Of a stretch of DNA of 64,000 bases, positions 63,599-64,000 are shown one piece after another. Under the pieces are notes generated by a model. The model made no database searches and had not been told where the DNA came from. It saw only the letters and a list, made by a program, of their open reading frames with translations. Both the position numbers and the translations under genes were made by a program. Source of the stretch: Veleropilina oligotropha (lineage: Eukaryota); assembly GCA_048128005.1 (NCBI GenBank), contig JBEUKZ010000125.1:62001-126000 (forward strand). Direction: 5' to 3'. The number at the start of each line of letters is the position of its first letter. The first letter of the stretch is position 1.

Positions 63599-64000
63599 GC
63601 AGCCCTCGGAATTAAGGTCGGCATTCGGCAATGCCGACCTCGTTGCCGACCTGCAAGCGTACGAGGTCGGTACTAATTACAATATTTATTCATAACTTGT
63701 TAAGTTGCATCTCTTTACCTACTTTGTATATTGTGCATCCTGGTTGAAATGTTCACCAATAAATCGTTAACATCACAAGTTTTCAACACTCAAGCGCTCA
63801 TTTCGCACATGTACGCTATTTATAAATTACTAGGTCACGGCTTCAAATCGCGTTTCCAAAATAATACGTTTAGGGCTTAGATGATTTGAAAATTGTCTCG
63901 TGTTGTTTCCAACTTACAATGTGGTAATCTTTTGTTTGGATAAAACTGCATATAACCAATTTAAGACACCATTTAATGATTAAATATTAATTTAAATAGA

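Overview
AT-rich, repeat-dense eukaryotic DNA from an invertebrate animal (probably marine; the taxon cannot be fixed from sequence alone). The window lies inside one large + strand multi-exon gene whose start and end are outside it. I traced 29 GT-AG exons by hand from 85 to 55538. All splice phases are compatible and give one continuous ORF of 4777 nt (about 1590 codons). It encodes a cysteine-rich extracellular mosaic protein of the zonadhesin/FCGBP/alpha-tectorin type: C8-TIL-EGF x5-VWD(GDPH)-C8-TIL-EGF x3-chitin-binding type 2-VWC x2-unassigned ~180 aa domain-DUF3011/ADEL-lectin-like-split EGF-VWD(GDPH)-C8(part). The most unusual part is the cassette of phase-1 exons between the two complete VWD units, which includes two microexons. 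Introns hold Helentron/DINE-1-like elements with internal tandem arrays, a canonical Helitron, nested TIR MITEs (some with 5-6 bp target duplications), SINE and LINE fragments, a deleted DIRS/Ngaro-like SGNH-esterase/RT remnant, and several micro/minisatellites. No rRNA, true tRNA or CRISPR was found. Most entries in the ORF track are spurious.
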